A stretch of 64,000 nucleotides of DNA from a virus. The stretch lies in UHGV virus genome UHGV-1682877. One strand, written 5' to 3'. Under the pieces are notes generated by a model, which saw only the letters and a program-made list of their open reading frames with translations, did no database searches and was not told the DNA's origin. Shown here one piece after another: positions 1 to 9,904 of this stretch. The number at the start of each line of letters is the position of its first letter. The stretch's first letter is position 1. Position numbers and translations under genes: made by a program.

Positions 1-9
1 TTTATTTTT

Positions 10-231
10 ATGTTCATTGGTTTTCTTCAAATTTTAGAATATAATTGTTTTTATGCAGATAATTATGAACCTGCAAGAATTACTATTGCAGAAAATTATA
101 AAACAATTGAAAATTTAACTGAAATTAATGATAATTTAATTCGTTTCAAATCTATAAAAACTGCTTGGGGAAATTGGTCACCTATTCCAGATTCAGTTTT
201 TGAACTAGAACTCTTAAAAAATAATAAATAA
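10..231 (+). CDS. hypothetical protein (start may lie upstream of window)
   Basis: ORF track; followed by hairpin terminator. Confidence 0.35.
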   Translation: MFIGFLQILEYNCFYADNYEPARITIAENYKTIENLTEINDNLIRFKSIKTAWGNWSPIPDSVFELELLKNNK

Positions 232-237
232 TTTATA

Positions 238-270
238 AGACTTAATGAGAAATCATTAAGTCTTTTTTAT
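238..270 (+). terminator. rho-independent terminator
   Basis: hairpin agacttaatga/tcattaagtct followed by TTTTTT. Confidence 0.6.
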
Positions 271-308
271 ACTCAAAACCGCAATGCTTCAAAATCTTTT
301 AATCAAAA

Positions 309-345
309 TTGAAAATTTAATAAAAATATTATATAATATATATAG
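309..345 (+). promoter_or_regulatory. sigma70-like promoter, member of repeated TTGAAA-N17-TATAAT-ATATATAGAAAG family
   Basis: ttgaaa 309-314, 17 nt spacer, tataat 332-337, conserved downstream atatatagaaa. Confidence 0.55.
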
Positions 346-371
346 AAAATAAAAAAGGAAGTTGAATTTAT

Positions 372-1094
372 ATGATTCCTGGTCTTTATGCAAACTATCA
401 AAAACAATGGGGCCAAAACACTATTTGGATTATTTCTGACCTTCACTTTGGCGATAAAGAATTGCAGAAGGGCATTGCTAAACGTCCTTCTGATGAACAA
501 CTTTTAAAGAATATTAACTCTTGCGTTGGTAAGAAAGATACTCTTATTGTCTTGGGTGATGTAGGCGATTTATCTTACGTCCGCAAGCTCAAAGGTTATA
601 AAGTTCTTATTAAAGGAAACCATGATGCAGGTTCTTCACTCTACCAAAGAGAAATTTTTTATAAACGTTATCCGCAAGACTACATTTCCTATAAAGGTGT
701 AAAAGCAGAAGTAAAAGAAATATTCCCTGAATATTCTTTTTCTATTGATGAAGGTTTTGGTTTTCACAATCCTTTTGATTGGTGGGAAGTAACTTTAGAT
801 AATAGACTTTTTGATGAAGTTTATGAAGGCGCATTAATTATTGGCGAAAAGCTTATTCTTTCACATGAACCTATTGCTAATATCAATTGGGCGCTAAACC
901 TGCATGGCCACAATCATTTTGGTATTCCGCATCCTGATAAATATCATTATAACTTTAATGCGGATGTGATTAATTACAAACCCATTAATCTAAATAAATT
1001 TATGAAAGAAGGTTATTTATCTAAAATTCCTTCTATTCATAGACTTACTATTGATTCAGCTACTGAAAGAAAACAAAAAAGAAAAAATAAATGA
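372..1094 (+). CDS. calcineurin-like metallophosphoesterase
   Basis: motifs ISDLHFGD, VLGDVGD, KGNHD, LHGHNH. Confidence 0.8.
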   Translation: MIPGLYANYQKQWGQNTIWIISDLHFGDKELQKGIAKRPSDEQLLKNINSCVGKKDTLIVLGDVGDLSYVRKLKGYKVLIKGNHDAGSSLYQREIFYKRYPQDYISYKGVKAEVKEIFPEYSFSIDEGFGFHNPFDWWEVTLDNRLFDEVYEGALIIGEKLILSHEPIANINWALNLHGHNHFGIPHPDKYHYNFNADVINYKPINLNKFMKEGYLSKIPSIHRLTIDSATERKQKRKNK

Positions 1095-1116
1095 TTACAA
1101 GATTTTGTAACCAAAA

Positions 1117-1153
1117 TTGAAAATTTAATAAAAATATATTATAATATATATAG
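1117..1153 (+). promoter_or_regulatory. repeated promoter family copy
   Basis: ttgaaaatttaataaaaatatattataatatatatagaaagttaaggaaag. Confidence 0.5.
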
Positions 1154-1369
1154 AAAGTTAAGGAAAGACAAAATAATATATAATATTTCTGAATGATGTA
1201 TTAAGAAAGTTTCTAAAGAGAAAACAATTAAAAGTATTCTTATACTTGGCAATATTAAATACGAAATCAAACAAAATAAAATCTCTACTTACAAGATAAA
1301 ACACAATAACCATCATTACATAATTATAAAAAGTATTGACGAGCTGATTTCAGTTGAGGAGGTATTACC

Positions 1370-1594
1370 ATGAAAGAAAAAAAGTGGTATATTGGAAACA
1401 CTGCCACAGAAAGAGATTGTTACTTTTTGTTCCAGGCAACGGAAGAAGAATTTACTTTTCTTCGTACAGTAATCGAGTCTTTCAATGGCGTAAGTAGCTG
1501 GTTGCTTTGTGAACCTTGGTCTGGCGTTCTCAGCGTATTTGACATTCCGTTTGACACAAAAGAAGAAGCAGAAAAATTTTATGGTGGAAATTGA
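1370..1594 (+). CDS. hypothetical small early protein (paralog of next gene)
   Basis: ORF; RBS gaggagg; shares MKxKKWxI...AT.EE motif with 1614-1859. Confidence 0.5.
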   Translation: MKEKKWYIGNTATERDCYFLFQATEEEFTFLRTVIESFNGVSSWLLCEPWSGVLSVFDIPFDTKEEAEKFYGGN

Positions 1595-1613
1595 CACTAA
1601 GGAGGTAAAAATA

Positions 1614-1859
1614 ATGAAAAAGAAATGGTGGATTTTAAATCATCATTCAGAAGGAAACTGTTTCTACATGGTTAATGCCACAGTAGAAGAAATAGATACA
1701 CTTCGCTGTCTTATTGACAACAATGCAGAAGTCAACGAAAACTGCCTGTATTATGATTATTATTGGGGCTGTGTAGAAGTAGTTAGTCCAGGTTTTGCCA
1801 CAAAGGAAGAGTGTCAAGAATACTTCAATACAGCCAAAGAATTTGCGTTCTTCAGATAA
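1614..1859 (+). CDS. hypothetical small early protein (tandem paralog)
   Basis: ATG at 1614 after RBS aaggagg; track ORF 1509 trimmed. Confidence 0.5.
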   Translation: MKKKWWILNHHSEGNCFYMVNATVEEIDTLRCLIDNNAEVNENCLYYDYYWGCVEVVSPGFATKEECQEYFNTAKEFAFFR

Positions 1860-1871
1860 GGAGATAAAACA

Positions 1872-2099
1872 ATGAACAATAAGTATACAAATTGGGATGA
1901 ACTTTGTGATTTAATCATTCACTTTGGCGGTGAATATAATATTGATGCAGATGAATCTGATGAAAATCATTATTTTATCTGCCCTGAGTGCGGAGAGCCT
2001 ATTTATAATGGCGATTTTGCTGAGTCTGATTTTCTAAACAATAATAATCTTAGTTGCCCTGTTTGTGGAACCACTGCTGCTGATATGTTTGGAGGTTGA
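1872..2099 (+). CDS. small zinc-ribbon protein
   Basis: CPECG ... CPVCG pairs. Confidence 0.5.
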   Translation: MNNKYTNWDELCDLIIHFGGEYNIDADESDENHYFICPECGEPIYNGDFAESDFLNNNNLSCPVCGTTAADMFGG

Positions 2100-2105
2100 T
2101 TATTA

Positions 2106-2564
2106 ATGAGTGTTGCTAAATCTTATGAAAATTTTACCAAACTGTCTGAACCCTATGAAGAAAATGGCAAGATGTATATTCAGCTTCAGAATCCCAAAAC
2201 TGGTACTGTCCGCAAAGCAAGATGGTATGAAGAAACAAAAGTAAAGAAAACTAATAGCGGAAATCCTAATCTTAAAAGAGTGCGCGGTTTCAGCAAAGGC
2301 CCTATTCTTGTAGTTCGCAATATTAAAACTCATGCGGATGAACTTTGGTGTAAAGAATCCAATGCAAGATACGCAGTAGGTATTGGTTGGCATTTTGTTT
2401 CTGAAGAAGAACTTCCCACAGAAATGCCCAAAAACCTCAAATATGTACTTCTTACTTGGGATGAATTTAAAGGCAAAGATGATTTTCATTCTAAAACCTC
2501 TAAGCAACTCGCCGCAATTATTACTCGCAAACTTGAAGCTAATAAAACTATTACTTTTTGTTAA
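2106..2564 (+). CDS. hypothetical protein
   Basis: ORF track. Confidence 0.45.
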   Translation: MSVAKSYENFTKLSEPYEENGKMYIQLQNPKTGTVRKARWYEETKVKKTNSGNPNLKRVRGFSKGPILVVRNIKTHADELWCKESNARYAVGIGWHFVSEEELPTEMPKNLKYVLLTWDEFKGKDDFHSKTSKQLAAIITRKLEANKTITFC

Positions 2565-2574
2565 GGAGGACTAA

Positions 2575-2745
2575 ATGAATATTGCAAAAATTGTAACTGA
2601 TTTTATCCAGTCTGGCGAAATTCAGGAATTGGCAAATAGCCAGCCTGAACATAAAGAAGCTTTTATTACAGGTGCTACTTGGGCAGCTTGTATGATTGCT
2701 ATGAAATGCGTTGAAGCAGAACAGAAGAAGGAGGATAAAGAATGA
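2575..2745 (+). CDS. hypothetical small protein (56 aa)
   Basis: ATG preceded by RBS aaggagg; ATGA overlap with next gene; below track threshold. Confidence 0.35.
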   Translation: MNIAKIVTDFIQSGEIQELANSQPEHKEAFITGATWAACMIAMKCVEAEQKKEDKE

Positions 2746-3029
2746 AAGCCATTTATAAAGCACATGGCGTTGATTTTTGGGAATGGGATACAACTTGGAC
2801 TAAAGAAGAAGCCTTACAATCTTTAAAAGATTTTTTTAAATCTATTAATCATAATGTTATAATTTTTAGTGCTGATAAACTTAAATATGGTTTTTACATT
2901 GAATCTGAATGTGCTTGGGTTGCACATATCTTTTATGGCGGTATTTTAGTAATTGATAAAGATGATTATTATTTTTATTCTTATTATCATAAGAATAAAT
3001 TTAAAGAATCTTTTGGAGGAATTGAGTGA
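2742..3029 (+). CDS. hypothetical protein
   Basis: ORF track, overlapping-stop operon. Confidence 0.45.
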   Translation: MKAIYKAHGVDFWEWDTTWTKEEALQSLKDFFKSINHNVIIFSADKLKYGFYIESECAWVAHIFYGGILVIDKDDYYFYSYYHKNKFKESFGGIE

Positions 3030-3316
3030 AACATTCAGTATTTGTTATTTGTGATACATCTGCTTCTCCAAAGTTGACTTATCTGACTCATAATGGTAAA
3101 ATTTGGACATCCAATTTAGAAGAAGCCGCAATTTGGTTTAACAAAACAAACGCTCAGTTATATATTGAAAAATTTGTTACAGAGATTTTTCATCGCCAAA
3201 TAGAGGCAATTAATAGAGAAGGAATCAATAAATTTACATCAGCAAAATATAATACAGTTTATGAAAATTACTTTCGATTGAAACGAATTTATAAACCTTT
3301 GGAGGTATCTGTATGA
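3026..3316 (+). CDS. hypothetical protein
   Basis: ORF track. Confidence 0.45.
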   Translation: MKHSVFVICDTSASPKLTYLTHNGKIWTSNLEEAAIWFNKTNAQLYIEKFVTEIFHRQIEAINREGINKFTSAKYNTVYENYFRLKRIYKPLEVSV

Positions 3317-3534
3317 GAACAAGATGTATTCTTTATAAAATTGATGAAAACTATAAAAACTCTTATTTGGGCTATGATTTTCTTAATATGACTACATATT
3401 TTACGCCTTCTTCTTCTACTGCTTTTATTTTTAATTCTGTAAAAATTGCAGAAAATTACCTCAAAACGCACAATCTTCAGCTAAACATTCAGACTATTTA
3501 TAATGAAAGGAATATTGAAAATGAGTGGTTTTAA
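3313..3534 (+). CDS. hypothetical protein
   Basis: ORF track. Confidence 0.4.
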   Translation: MRTRCILYKIDENYKNSYLGYDFLNMTTYFTPSSSTAFIFNSVKIAENYLKTHNLQLNIQTIYNERNIENEWF

Positions 3535-3742
3535 GACTATTGATAATCAGTCCACCTTGATTACAGTTTGCGGTGAATGTCCTTTTGCTTCTAAAAAGAC
3601 ATATGAATATACTAGAAAAAATCCTCATGACCCCTATGGAGATGTACAGTACATCTTTGAAAAGAAATGTGAAAGATATAATACTATTGTACCTGATACT
3701 TTGCCGGTTTGTGAAGCTATGGAATTTTGTTATAATGATTAA
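3503..3742 (+). CDS. hypothetical Cys-containing small protein
   Basis: ORF track. Confidence 0.4.
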   Translation: MKGILKMSGFKTIDNQSTLITVCGECPFASKKTYEYTRKNPHDPYGDVQYIFEKKCERYNTIVPDTLPVCEAMEFCYND

Positions 3743-3756
3743 AGGAGCTGATGATT

Positions 3757-3972
3757 ATGACTTATCAATATTATGAGTATAACATTGTATTGAAAAATAA
3801 TGAAATTCGCCAAGGTATTATTAGTGCGGAAGATTATTATTCTGCTCTTGATGATATTATCCATCAGTATAATAATATTAAATCTATTCTATTGTCAGAA
3901 ATTGATTCTCTTGGTAGTGTAAGTTTTTCTGAAGAAATTATTAATGAAATCAAAAGAAATGAGGTAGTTTAA
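3757..3972 (+). CDS. hypothetical protein
   Basis: ATG 3757 after RBS aaaggag. Confidence 0.4.
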   Translation: MTYQYYEYNIVLKNNEIRQGIISAEDYYSALDDIIHQYNNIKSILLSEIDSLGSVSFSEEIINEIKRNEVV

Positions 3973-3973
3973 C

Positions 3974-4216
3974 ATGGAAACTCATCACGGAATTATTAAT
4001 CATACTGAGCATTATTCTCTTGAAATCAATAGATTTATGAACGCTCTTGATGCAGTAATTGAATCTGCTATTGATTATGGCCAAGCAGAAGAAACAGATG
4101 AAGAAAGATTAACTCTTAAAACTCTTGATGATAATATTAATCTTTTGTTTAGAAAGTTGGGGATTTCTGCCGATTGGTACGCTCGCAATGGGCATCTTAT
4201 CAATAGGATTAAGTAA
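3974..4216 (+). CDS. hypothetical protein
   Basis: ORF track. Confidence 0.4.
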   Translation: METHHGIINHTEHYSLEINRFMNALDAVIESAIDYGQAEETDEERLTLKTLDDNINLLFRKLGISADWYARNGHLINRIK

Positions 4217-4223
4217 ATAAAAC

Positions 4224-4262
4224 AAAGGTCAACAGATTTTGTAACACTGTTGACCTTTTAAA
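4224..4262 (+). terminator. rho-independent terminator overlapping next promoter -35
   Basis: aaaggtcaacag/ctgttgaccttt hairpin plus T-run. Confidence 0.55.
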
Positions 4263-4286
4263 AATTTTATGGTATAATATTTATAG
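4250..4286 (+). promoter_or_regulatory. repeated promoter family copy
   Basis: ttgacc-17-tataat then atttatagaaaataaaaaaggag. Confidence 0.5.
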
Positions 4287-4311
4287 AAAATAAAAAAGGA
4301 GTTTTAAAAGT

Positions 4312-5985
4312 ATGGAAGATTTTATGAACAAATTAAATCTTACTAAAGATGAAGATTTATTAGATTTTTATTTTCAAACTTACGGCGATGATGAAGCTAT
4401 GCCAGCAAGAAATTATCTTAAATTTTGGCATGAAGCTAAAAGTGAATACTTGCTTCCTCTTTTCAAGAATCAGCTTATTTACAAGAAAGAAATCAGTTTT
4501 GATGTAGATACTGAAATTCTTATTTCAAGAATTCACAGACTTTTTATTAAAGATAATAAAAATTCTAATATCTATTACAAACTTAAAAATAGATTATTTG
4601 AAATTGTTGATAATTTATTTCCTAATGTAAGTAAAGATATTCGTATAAACAAAGATGTTTCTTGTGATTCATACCTCTGGGTAAGTTCTTGTTTAAATTT
4701 TCGCACTCTAGCTTTGAATAGAACTGCAACTACTTTTCAATATAATAATTTTAAAATCCCGCAAGGTACAAAAGTTTTTAAAGCTTTTAAATCTTTTGTT
4801 AATTTTGCATTGAAAAATAAACTTATTGAACAAATTGAGTATGATGAAATAAATGATTTTATTGAATATTTGCGGATTCAACATTCTCAAGTATTTAACC
4901 AAAAAAAGATTTCCGGCAATTTATGTATCTCAATTCATCCTATGGATTATATTACCATGAGTGATAATGGTAATAATTGGGAATCTTGTATGCGCTGGGG
5001 CGATGGCGGAGGAGATTATAAAGTAGGTACTTTGGAAATGCTTAATTCTCCTTCTGTTGTAGTTTGTTATCTTGAAAGCAAAAAACCTTGGAATATCAAT
5101 GATGATTATTCCTGGAATAATAAGAAATGGCGGGAATTATTTATTGTTGATAAAAATTTTATTTGTGGTATCAAAGGTTATCCATATCCTAGTGTTTATT
5201 TGGAGACTATGTGCGCTAATTGGTTAGCAGATTTAGTTGAAGAATATTATCACAATAAGTTTGATAGAACTAATTTCCGCTATGATAAAAAAATTACATT
5301 TGAAACTATTCTAATGTATAATGATATTAATGCAAATGGAGAATGTTTTTTATACTACTCAGAGGATGCTATTGAAGCAGATGAAGAAATTGAATTTAAT
5401 TACAGTGGATATGCAAGATGTTTGAGATGCGGTGAAATTATTTCTGAAGATTGGACAGATTCAGATACTTTATCTAGTATGTTTCTTTGTCCTAATTGCG
5501 CAGGTTTGATATTTTGTGCAGATTGTGGCGATTTAATTAATCCAGAAGATTATGGCGTTGAACACAATGGAAACTGGTATTGTGAAGAATGTATGTTAGA
5601 TCATGGCTTCTTCTGTAGTGAGTGTGATGAATTTCATTGGAATGATGAAGATGAAAACACCGCAATTTATGTTGCGTACAAAGATAAAAATTCTGAACAA
5701 GTAGAATTAAGAATACTTAATTATTTATGCTCTGATTGTATTAATGAAAATCTTGAATATGGAAATATTGTTGAAGTAGAATATGAAGGCAAAAAATATT
5801 ATGTTGCCACTGTTGATTTTATTACTTCAGAATATATTAGTCAAGTTTCTCGCTATGGCGATAAAGATGGACATAAAATGATTTCTACCTTTGCTTTTTA
5901 CCATGATTTAACTCTTAATAAAACAATCTTGTACAATCCTGAATACTTTATCAATAAGGAGTATTTAAATGAAGAAAATGACTAA
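4312..5985 (+). CDS. unknown-function protein, paralog family A, with C-terminal multi-Cys zinc-ribbon array
   Basis: 557 aa; core NWESCMRWGDGGGDY; C-terminal CxxC clusters; paralog of 8092-9396. Confidence 0.6.
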   Translation: MEDFMNKLNLTKDEDLLDFYFQTYGDDEAMPARNYLKFWHEAKSEYLLPLFKNQLIYKKEISFDVDTEILISRIHRLFIKDNKNSNIYYKLKNRLFEIVDNLFPNVSKDIRINKDVSCDSYLWVSSCLNFRTLALNRTATTFQYNNFKIPQGTKVFKAFKSFVNFALKNKLIEQIEYDEINDFIEYLRIQHSQVFNQKKISGNLCISIHPMDYITMSDNGNNWESCMRWGDGGGDYKVGTLEMLNSPSVVVCYLESKKPWNINDDYSWNNKKWRELFIVDKNFICGIKGYPYPSVYLETMCANWLADLVEEYYHNKFDRTNFRYDKKITFETILMYNDINANGECFLYYSEDAIEADEEIEFNYSGYARCLRCGEIISEDWTDSDTLSSMFLCPNCAGLIFCADCGDLINPEDYGVEHNGNWYCEECMLDHGFFCSECDEFHWNDEDENTAIYVAYKDKNSEQVELRILNYLCSDCINENLEYGNIVEVEYEGKKYYVATVDFITSEYISQVSRYGDKDGHKMISTFAFYHDLTLNKTILYNPEYFINKEYLNEEND

Positions 5986-6346
5986 AAAAGATTATTATAA
6001 AAAAATTCTCCAACATTTTGGAGATAATTGCCCAGAATCAGAAATGATTAGAAATTTCCTTGAAAATGAAATTATGTTGCTTGATAGAAAAACAGAGTCT
6101 GCAAAGTTAAAAGCTATTGAAGCAAAAGAAAAAGGTGATGAATTGCGCGAACAGATTTATGACATTTTGCCCAGCTGCGAGGAAAATCCCATCCCTGTTT
6201 CTAAAATAAAAGAAATTTTAAATAATGATTTAATTACTTCTCAAAAAATTTCTGCACGTTTAACTCAGTTATTTAAATTAAACAAAATTGAGAAACAAGA
6301 AATTTCTTTTGAAGGTCAGAAAAAGACTGGATATAGAAAAATTTAA
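5969..6346 (+). CDS. hypothetical protein
   Basis: ORF track; terminator follows. Confidence 0.45.
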   Translation: MKKMTKKDYYKKILQHFGDNCPESEMIRNFLENEIMLLDRKTESAKLKAIEAKEKGDELREQIYDILPSCEENPIPVSKIKEILNNDLITSQKISARLTQLFKLNKIEKQEISFEGQKKTGYRKI

Positions 6347-6352
6347 GAAGAT

Positions 6353-6385
6353 AAAGAGGAGAATTTTTTCTCCTCTTTTTTATTA
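6353..6385 (+). terminator. rho-independent terminator
   Basis: aagaggagaa/ttctcctctt hairpin plus TTTTTT. Confidence 0.6.
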
Positions 6386-6423
6386 CCATAATTATAATAA
6401 CATATTTTTTGCTAAAAATAAAG

Positions 6424-6480
6424 TTTGAAACTTTTAGCTTGGCTTAGGTCGGGGCGGAGACGTGCGAATAAAAATAGCTT
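6424..6480 (+). promoter_or_regulatory. conserved GC-box element (copy 1 of 3)
   Basis: tttgaaacttttagcttgg...tcggggcggagacgtgcgaataaaaatag; near-identical copies at ~13916 and ~48250. Confidence 0.45.
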
Positions 6481-6514
6481 TAACAAATTTTTTAAAGGAT
6501 AAAGGAGAATAACA

Positions 6515-7291
6515 ATGTTATATAGTTTAAATACAAGACTAAAAAAATTAATGCCAGATGAAATCAAATGTCAAATAAATAGATTAGGAGACATTTTTGA
6601 TTTAATTAAAGAAAATCCAGACATTAGATGTAATATTCAATACACTAATATGGGCGAATTATCTGAAAAAAAACTGGATGAACAAATTGATTTCATTAAA
6701 GAAGTGGCAAAAGATTATACAATAGCTGTAATTAATTTCCAAGATTTGCGGAAATTAAAAGCAAAAGGCTATAATGTATATTTAGATTTGCCGGTTTCAG
6801 ATTGGGAAACTTTTAATAATTTAAAAAATATTGGCGTTTCAGATATTTACATTGACGGAGCTTTAGGATTCCAAATGGAGAAAATTGGAAAAGCAAAAGG
6901 AAAAATAAAGATTAGGGTTACTCCGCATATGTCGCCAAATGCGCAATGGTCATCTTCAGATAATGAAAATTCTTTTTATATTCGACCAGAAGATATAGAT
7001 AATTATTCTAAATATGTAGATATTTTAGACTTTAGAGATAACAGCAAAGATGCAGAAGAAACTTTATTCAATATTTATAAAAGGAAGATTTTTCCTTTTG
7101 ATTTAAATAATTTAATTAGACAACTGAATTTACCAACTAATAATATTTATATTGCAAATAGTTTTTGTTCAAACAGATTGAATTGCGGGCAAAGATGTCA
7201 GGAGCCTGATATTTCTTGTCATTTATGTAGAAATGCAATTTTAATTTCTAATAAAATGAATGAATATATTAGTTTAACGGAAAAAAATTGA
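6515..7291 (+). CDS. hypothetical protein with Cys-rich C-terminus
   Basis: ORF track. Confidence 0.45.
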   Translation: MLYSLNTRLKKLMPDEIKCQINRLGDIFDLIKENPDIRCNIQYTNMGELSEKKLDEQIDFIKEVAKDYTIAVINFQDLRKLKAKGYNVYLDLPVSDWETFNNLKNIGVSDIYIDGALGFQMEKIGKAKGKIKIRVTPHMSPNAQWSSSDNENSFYIRPEDIDNYSKYVDILDFRDNSKDAEETLFNIYKRKIFPFDLNNLIRQLNLPTNNIYIANSFCSNRLNCGQRCQEPDISCHLCRNAILISNKMNEYISLTEKN

Positions 7292-7342
7292 TTTTCTTTA
7301 AAAAATATAATATAATATTTATATAATAAAAGAAATAATAAG

Positions 7343-7377
7343 TTTTATAAAACTCACCAAAGGTGAGTTTTATAAAA
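7343..7377 (+). terminator. terminator-like hairpin (same core as 33550)
   Basis: aaactcacc aaa ggtgagttt hairpin. Confidence 0.45.
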
Positions 7378-7400
7378 CAAATAAGAAAGATGGGGATGAT

Positions 7401-8126
7401 ATGAAACTAAATAATTATGATTATAGATTTTTAAAAAAGTTGTTACAGTCTACACAGCATGAACTATTAGAATTTTTACCCAAAGCGCTTAATGCCATTT
7501 ACCATAAAGAAGATATTATTATTACCAATAATTATATTTGCGCTAAAGGTGATATCCCAGTAGCTTTAGTTGCTCATTTAGATACCGTATATCCAGAACC
7601 ACCTAAACAGATTTTTCATGATCCAGAATATAATATTATTTGGGGAACAAATGGTTTGGGTGCAGATGATAGAGCAGGCGTTTTTGCTATTTTAAATATT
7701 TTAGAATGTGGCTATAAGCCTACTGTAATTTTTTGTTGCGATGAAGAAAATGGCGGTTTAGGTGCTTATCAACTGACTAAAGATTTTTCAAAACCTTTCA
7801 CCAATTTTGAAATGCTTATTGAGCTAGACCGCCAAGGAACAAAAGATGCAGTATATTATTCATTAAATAACACTGATTTTGAAAATTATATCAATAATTA
7901 TGGATTTGAAACTGCGGTAGGTGTATTCACAGATATTTGTATTCTAGGCCCAATTTGGGATGTTCCCGCAGTTAATCTTTCTGTTGGTTATTTTAATGAA
8001 CATAGTTATGCGGAAATGCTTTATTACCCAGCTTTATTTGATACTATTGATAAGGTTTGTTTAATTTTAGAAGAAAAGAGGACAAAAGACTTTGAATTTA
8101 CAGAAATCACTGGAAGCAGCAATTAA
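7401..8126 (+). CDS. M20/M28/M42-type zinc metallopeptidase-like protein
   Basis: AHLDTV, GADDRAG, DEENGGLG motifs. Confidence 0.55.
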   Translation: MKLNNYDYRFLKKLLQSTQHELLEFLPKALNAIYHKEDIIITNNYICAKGDIPVALVAHLDTVYPEPPKQIFHDPEYNIIWGTNGLGADDRAGVFAILNILECGYKPTVIFCCDEENGGLGAYQLTKDFSKPFTNFEMLIELDRQGTKDAVYYSLNNTDFENYINNYGFETAVGVFTDICILGPIWDVPAVNLSVGYFNEHSYAEMLYYPALFDTIDKVCLILEEKRTKDFEFTEITGSSN

Positions 8127-9396
8127 ATATTCTCAAAATTATTCTTTTCCTCTTGATTGTGAAGAAATAATTACTTCTTGGGAAATTAATAAAGCTAAAT
8201 TGAACAAAGAATATTTGAACGAAAAAATTACTTTACAATTAACTGATGAACCAGTATCTATTACTCTTGATGAAACTTTTAGAAGAGATAGTTTTTTTGA
8301 ATTTATTGATAAAGTTATGAATTTGTTGGAACCATCTGAAGATGCTCCAGATAGTGAAATAGAACTATATTACCATTTTTATGATTTTCTTAGTGATAAT
8401 GTAAATAATTTTTATTCTAATATTGTTACTTCAGATTTTTTAAATATTGTAAAACGTGGAAGTAAAATTATTAAATCTTTTAAATATTTTGTTAAAGATA
8501 AACAAAAGCTCAGAAAAATCCAGGATATGGCAAGTGAATTAATTCAAACACAAAAAATTTCTGGATATTTATTTGCTTCTATTGATCCATTTGAATTTTT
8601 AACTTCTAGTGAGAATAATTGCAATTGGCGTTCTTGTCATTCATTAGATGGAGATTATCGTGCGGGAAATATTAGCTATATGAATGATCAATCTACTATT
8701 ATTGTATTTTTAGCAAATGAAGAAAAAATCAATGTAGACTGTTTACCAAAATCTATCAAAGTCTATAATAAAAAATGGAGAATGTTAATTCATATAAATC
8801 AAAATGATAATATAATTTATTATGGAAGGCAATATCCTTCTTATAATAAAAATTTATTAGATTTAGTTTATAGTAAATTATTTTGTGATAAAGGTTTTAT
8901 GCCTCCTAAAAAGGTTACTTTTGACCAAATTAATTTAAATCAGGATAATTGTATTGATTTAGACCACAATTATATGGCATTAAATAACAAAGTTTTTGAT
9001 ACTTTAGAGTTAATTGATATTCCAGAAAATTCGTTAAATTATAATGATATTGTATATTCTTCATTCTACCAAACGCAAGTCAGTATTAATAGAGAATATA
9101 AATATTATTATAGTAAAGATAAGCAAAAGACAATAGATTTATTTTTAACTAAAGTTGGTTATCCTGTTGCTTGCGCTTGCGGATGTGGCAGAAAAGTAAG
9201 TAATTCGGCAAGCTTTATTTGTGATACTTGTGCAGAAAAATATAATGCTGAAGGAAATTTATATCCAATTTGCTCTTGTTGTGGACAAAGAATAAATTTA
9301 AAAGATAAACAGAGTTATAAACAAGAAGAAGAAGGTCTTTATTGTAGTCTTTGTTGGCGAGGAATTAAGTCACTTGAACGTCAATTGAATTTTTAA
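8092..9396 (+). CDS. unknown-function protein, paralog family A member 2, with C-terminal zinc ribbons
   Basis: NCNWRSCHSLDGDY core aligns with 4312 gene; TTG start overlaps upstream gene by 35 nt, true start uncertain. Confidence 0.5.
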   Translation: MNLQKSLEAAIKYSQNYSFPLDCEEIITSWEINKAKLNKEYLNEKITLQLTDEPVSITLDETFRRDSFFEFIDKVMNLLEPSEDAPDSEIELYYHFYDFLSDNVNNFYSNIVTSDFLNIVKRGSKIIKSFKYFVKDKQKLRKIQDMASELIQTQKISGYLFASIDPFEFLTSSENNCNWRSCHSLDGDYRAGNISYMNDQSTIIVFLANEEKINVDCLPKSIKVYNKKWRMLIHINQNDNIIYYGRQYPSYNKNLLDLVYSKLFCDKGFMPPKKVTFDQINLNQDNCIDLDHNYMALNNKVFDTLELIDIPENSLNYNDIVYSSFYQTQVSINREYKYYYSKDKQKTIDLFLTKVGYPVACACGCGRKVSNSASFICDTCAEKYNAEGNLYPICSCCGQRINLKDKQSYKQEEEGLYCSLCWRGIKSLERQLNF

Positions 9397-9414
9397 TAAA
9401 AATATATTATAATA
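9386..9414 (+). promoter_or_regulatory. repeated promoter family copy
   Basis: ttgaat ... tataat atatttagaaaattaag. Confidence 0.45.
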
Positions 9415-9443
9415 TATTTAGAAAATTAAGAAAGGAATAAAAT

Positions 9444-9902
9444 ATGACTGTAAAAGAGCATGAAGTAAAAGTTTTTAAATGGCATTATACTTTGGTTAAA
9501 AGTTCAGCCATTTTTTATTTAAAAGATTTTATTAATCAAAATGTTTCAGATATTGATTATTATATTGCTGATAATAATGAAAGTAATAAAATTATTTTGA
9601 ATATTAACGGAGTAGAGTATCGTCTTTTAATTAATGATTATCTTCTTTATGACCCTTATTATAATACTTTTGTCATATTAGAAAAATCTCCAGAATCTCT
9701 TTTTAAAGAATATGAAAAAGATTATGTTATTAAATTTTTAGATAATTATATTGGTAAAAATTTTCATGATATAAATACTATTTTTAGTTGTGCAAAACAT
9801 TTTTCTTCTAAAGAAGAAGCTGAAAAAGTAGTAGATTTTTTAGTTGATAATTTTAATAGTAGCAGAGCTTGTTTTGAAATTATTGACTTAAATGAGGAAT
9901 AA
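9444..9902 (+). CDS. hypothetical protein (paralog family B)
   Basis: ORF track. Confidence 0.5.
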   Translation: MTVKEHEVKVFKWHYTLVKSSAIFYLKDFINQNVSDIDYYIADNNESNKIILNINGVEYRLLINDYLLYDPYYNTFVILEKSPESLFKEYEKDYVIKFLDNYIGKNFHDINTIFSCAKHFSSKEEAEKVVDFLVDNFNSSRACFEIIDLNEE

Positions 9903-9904
9903 TT

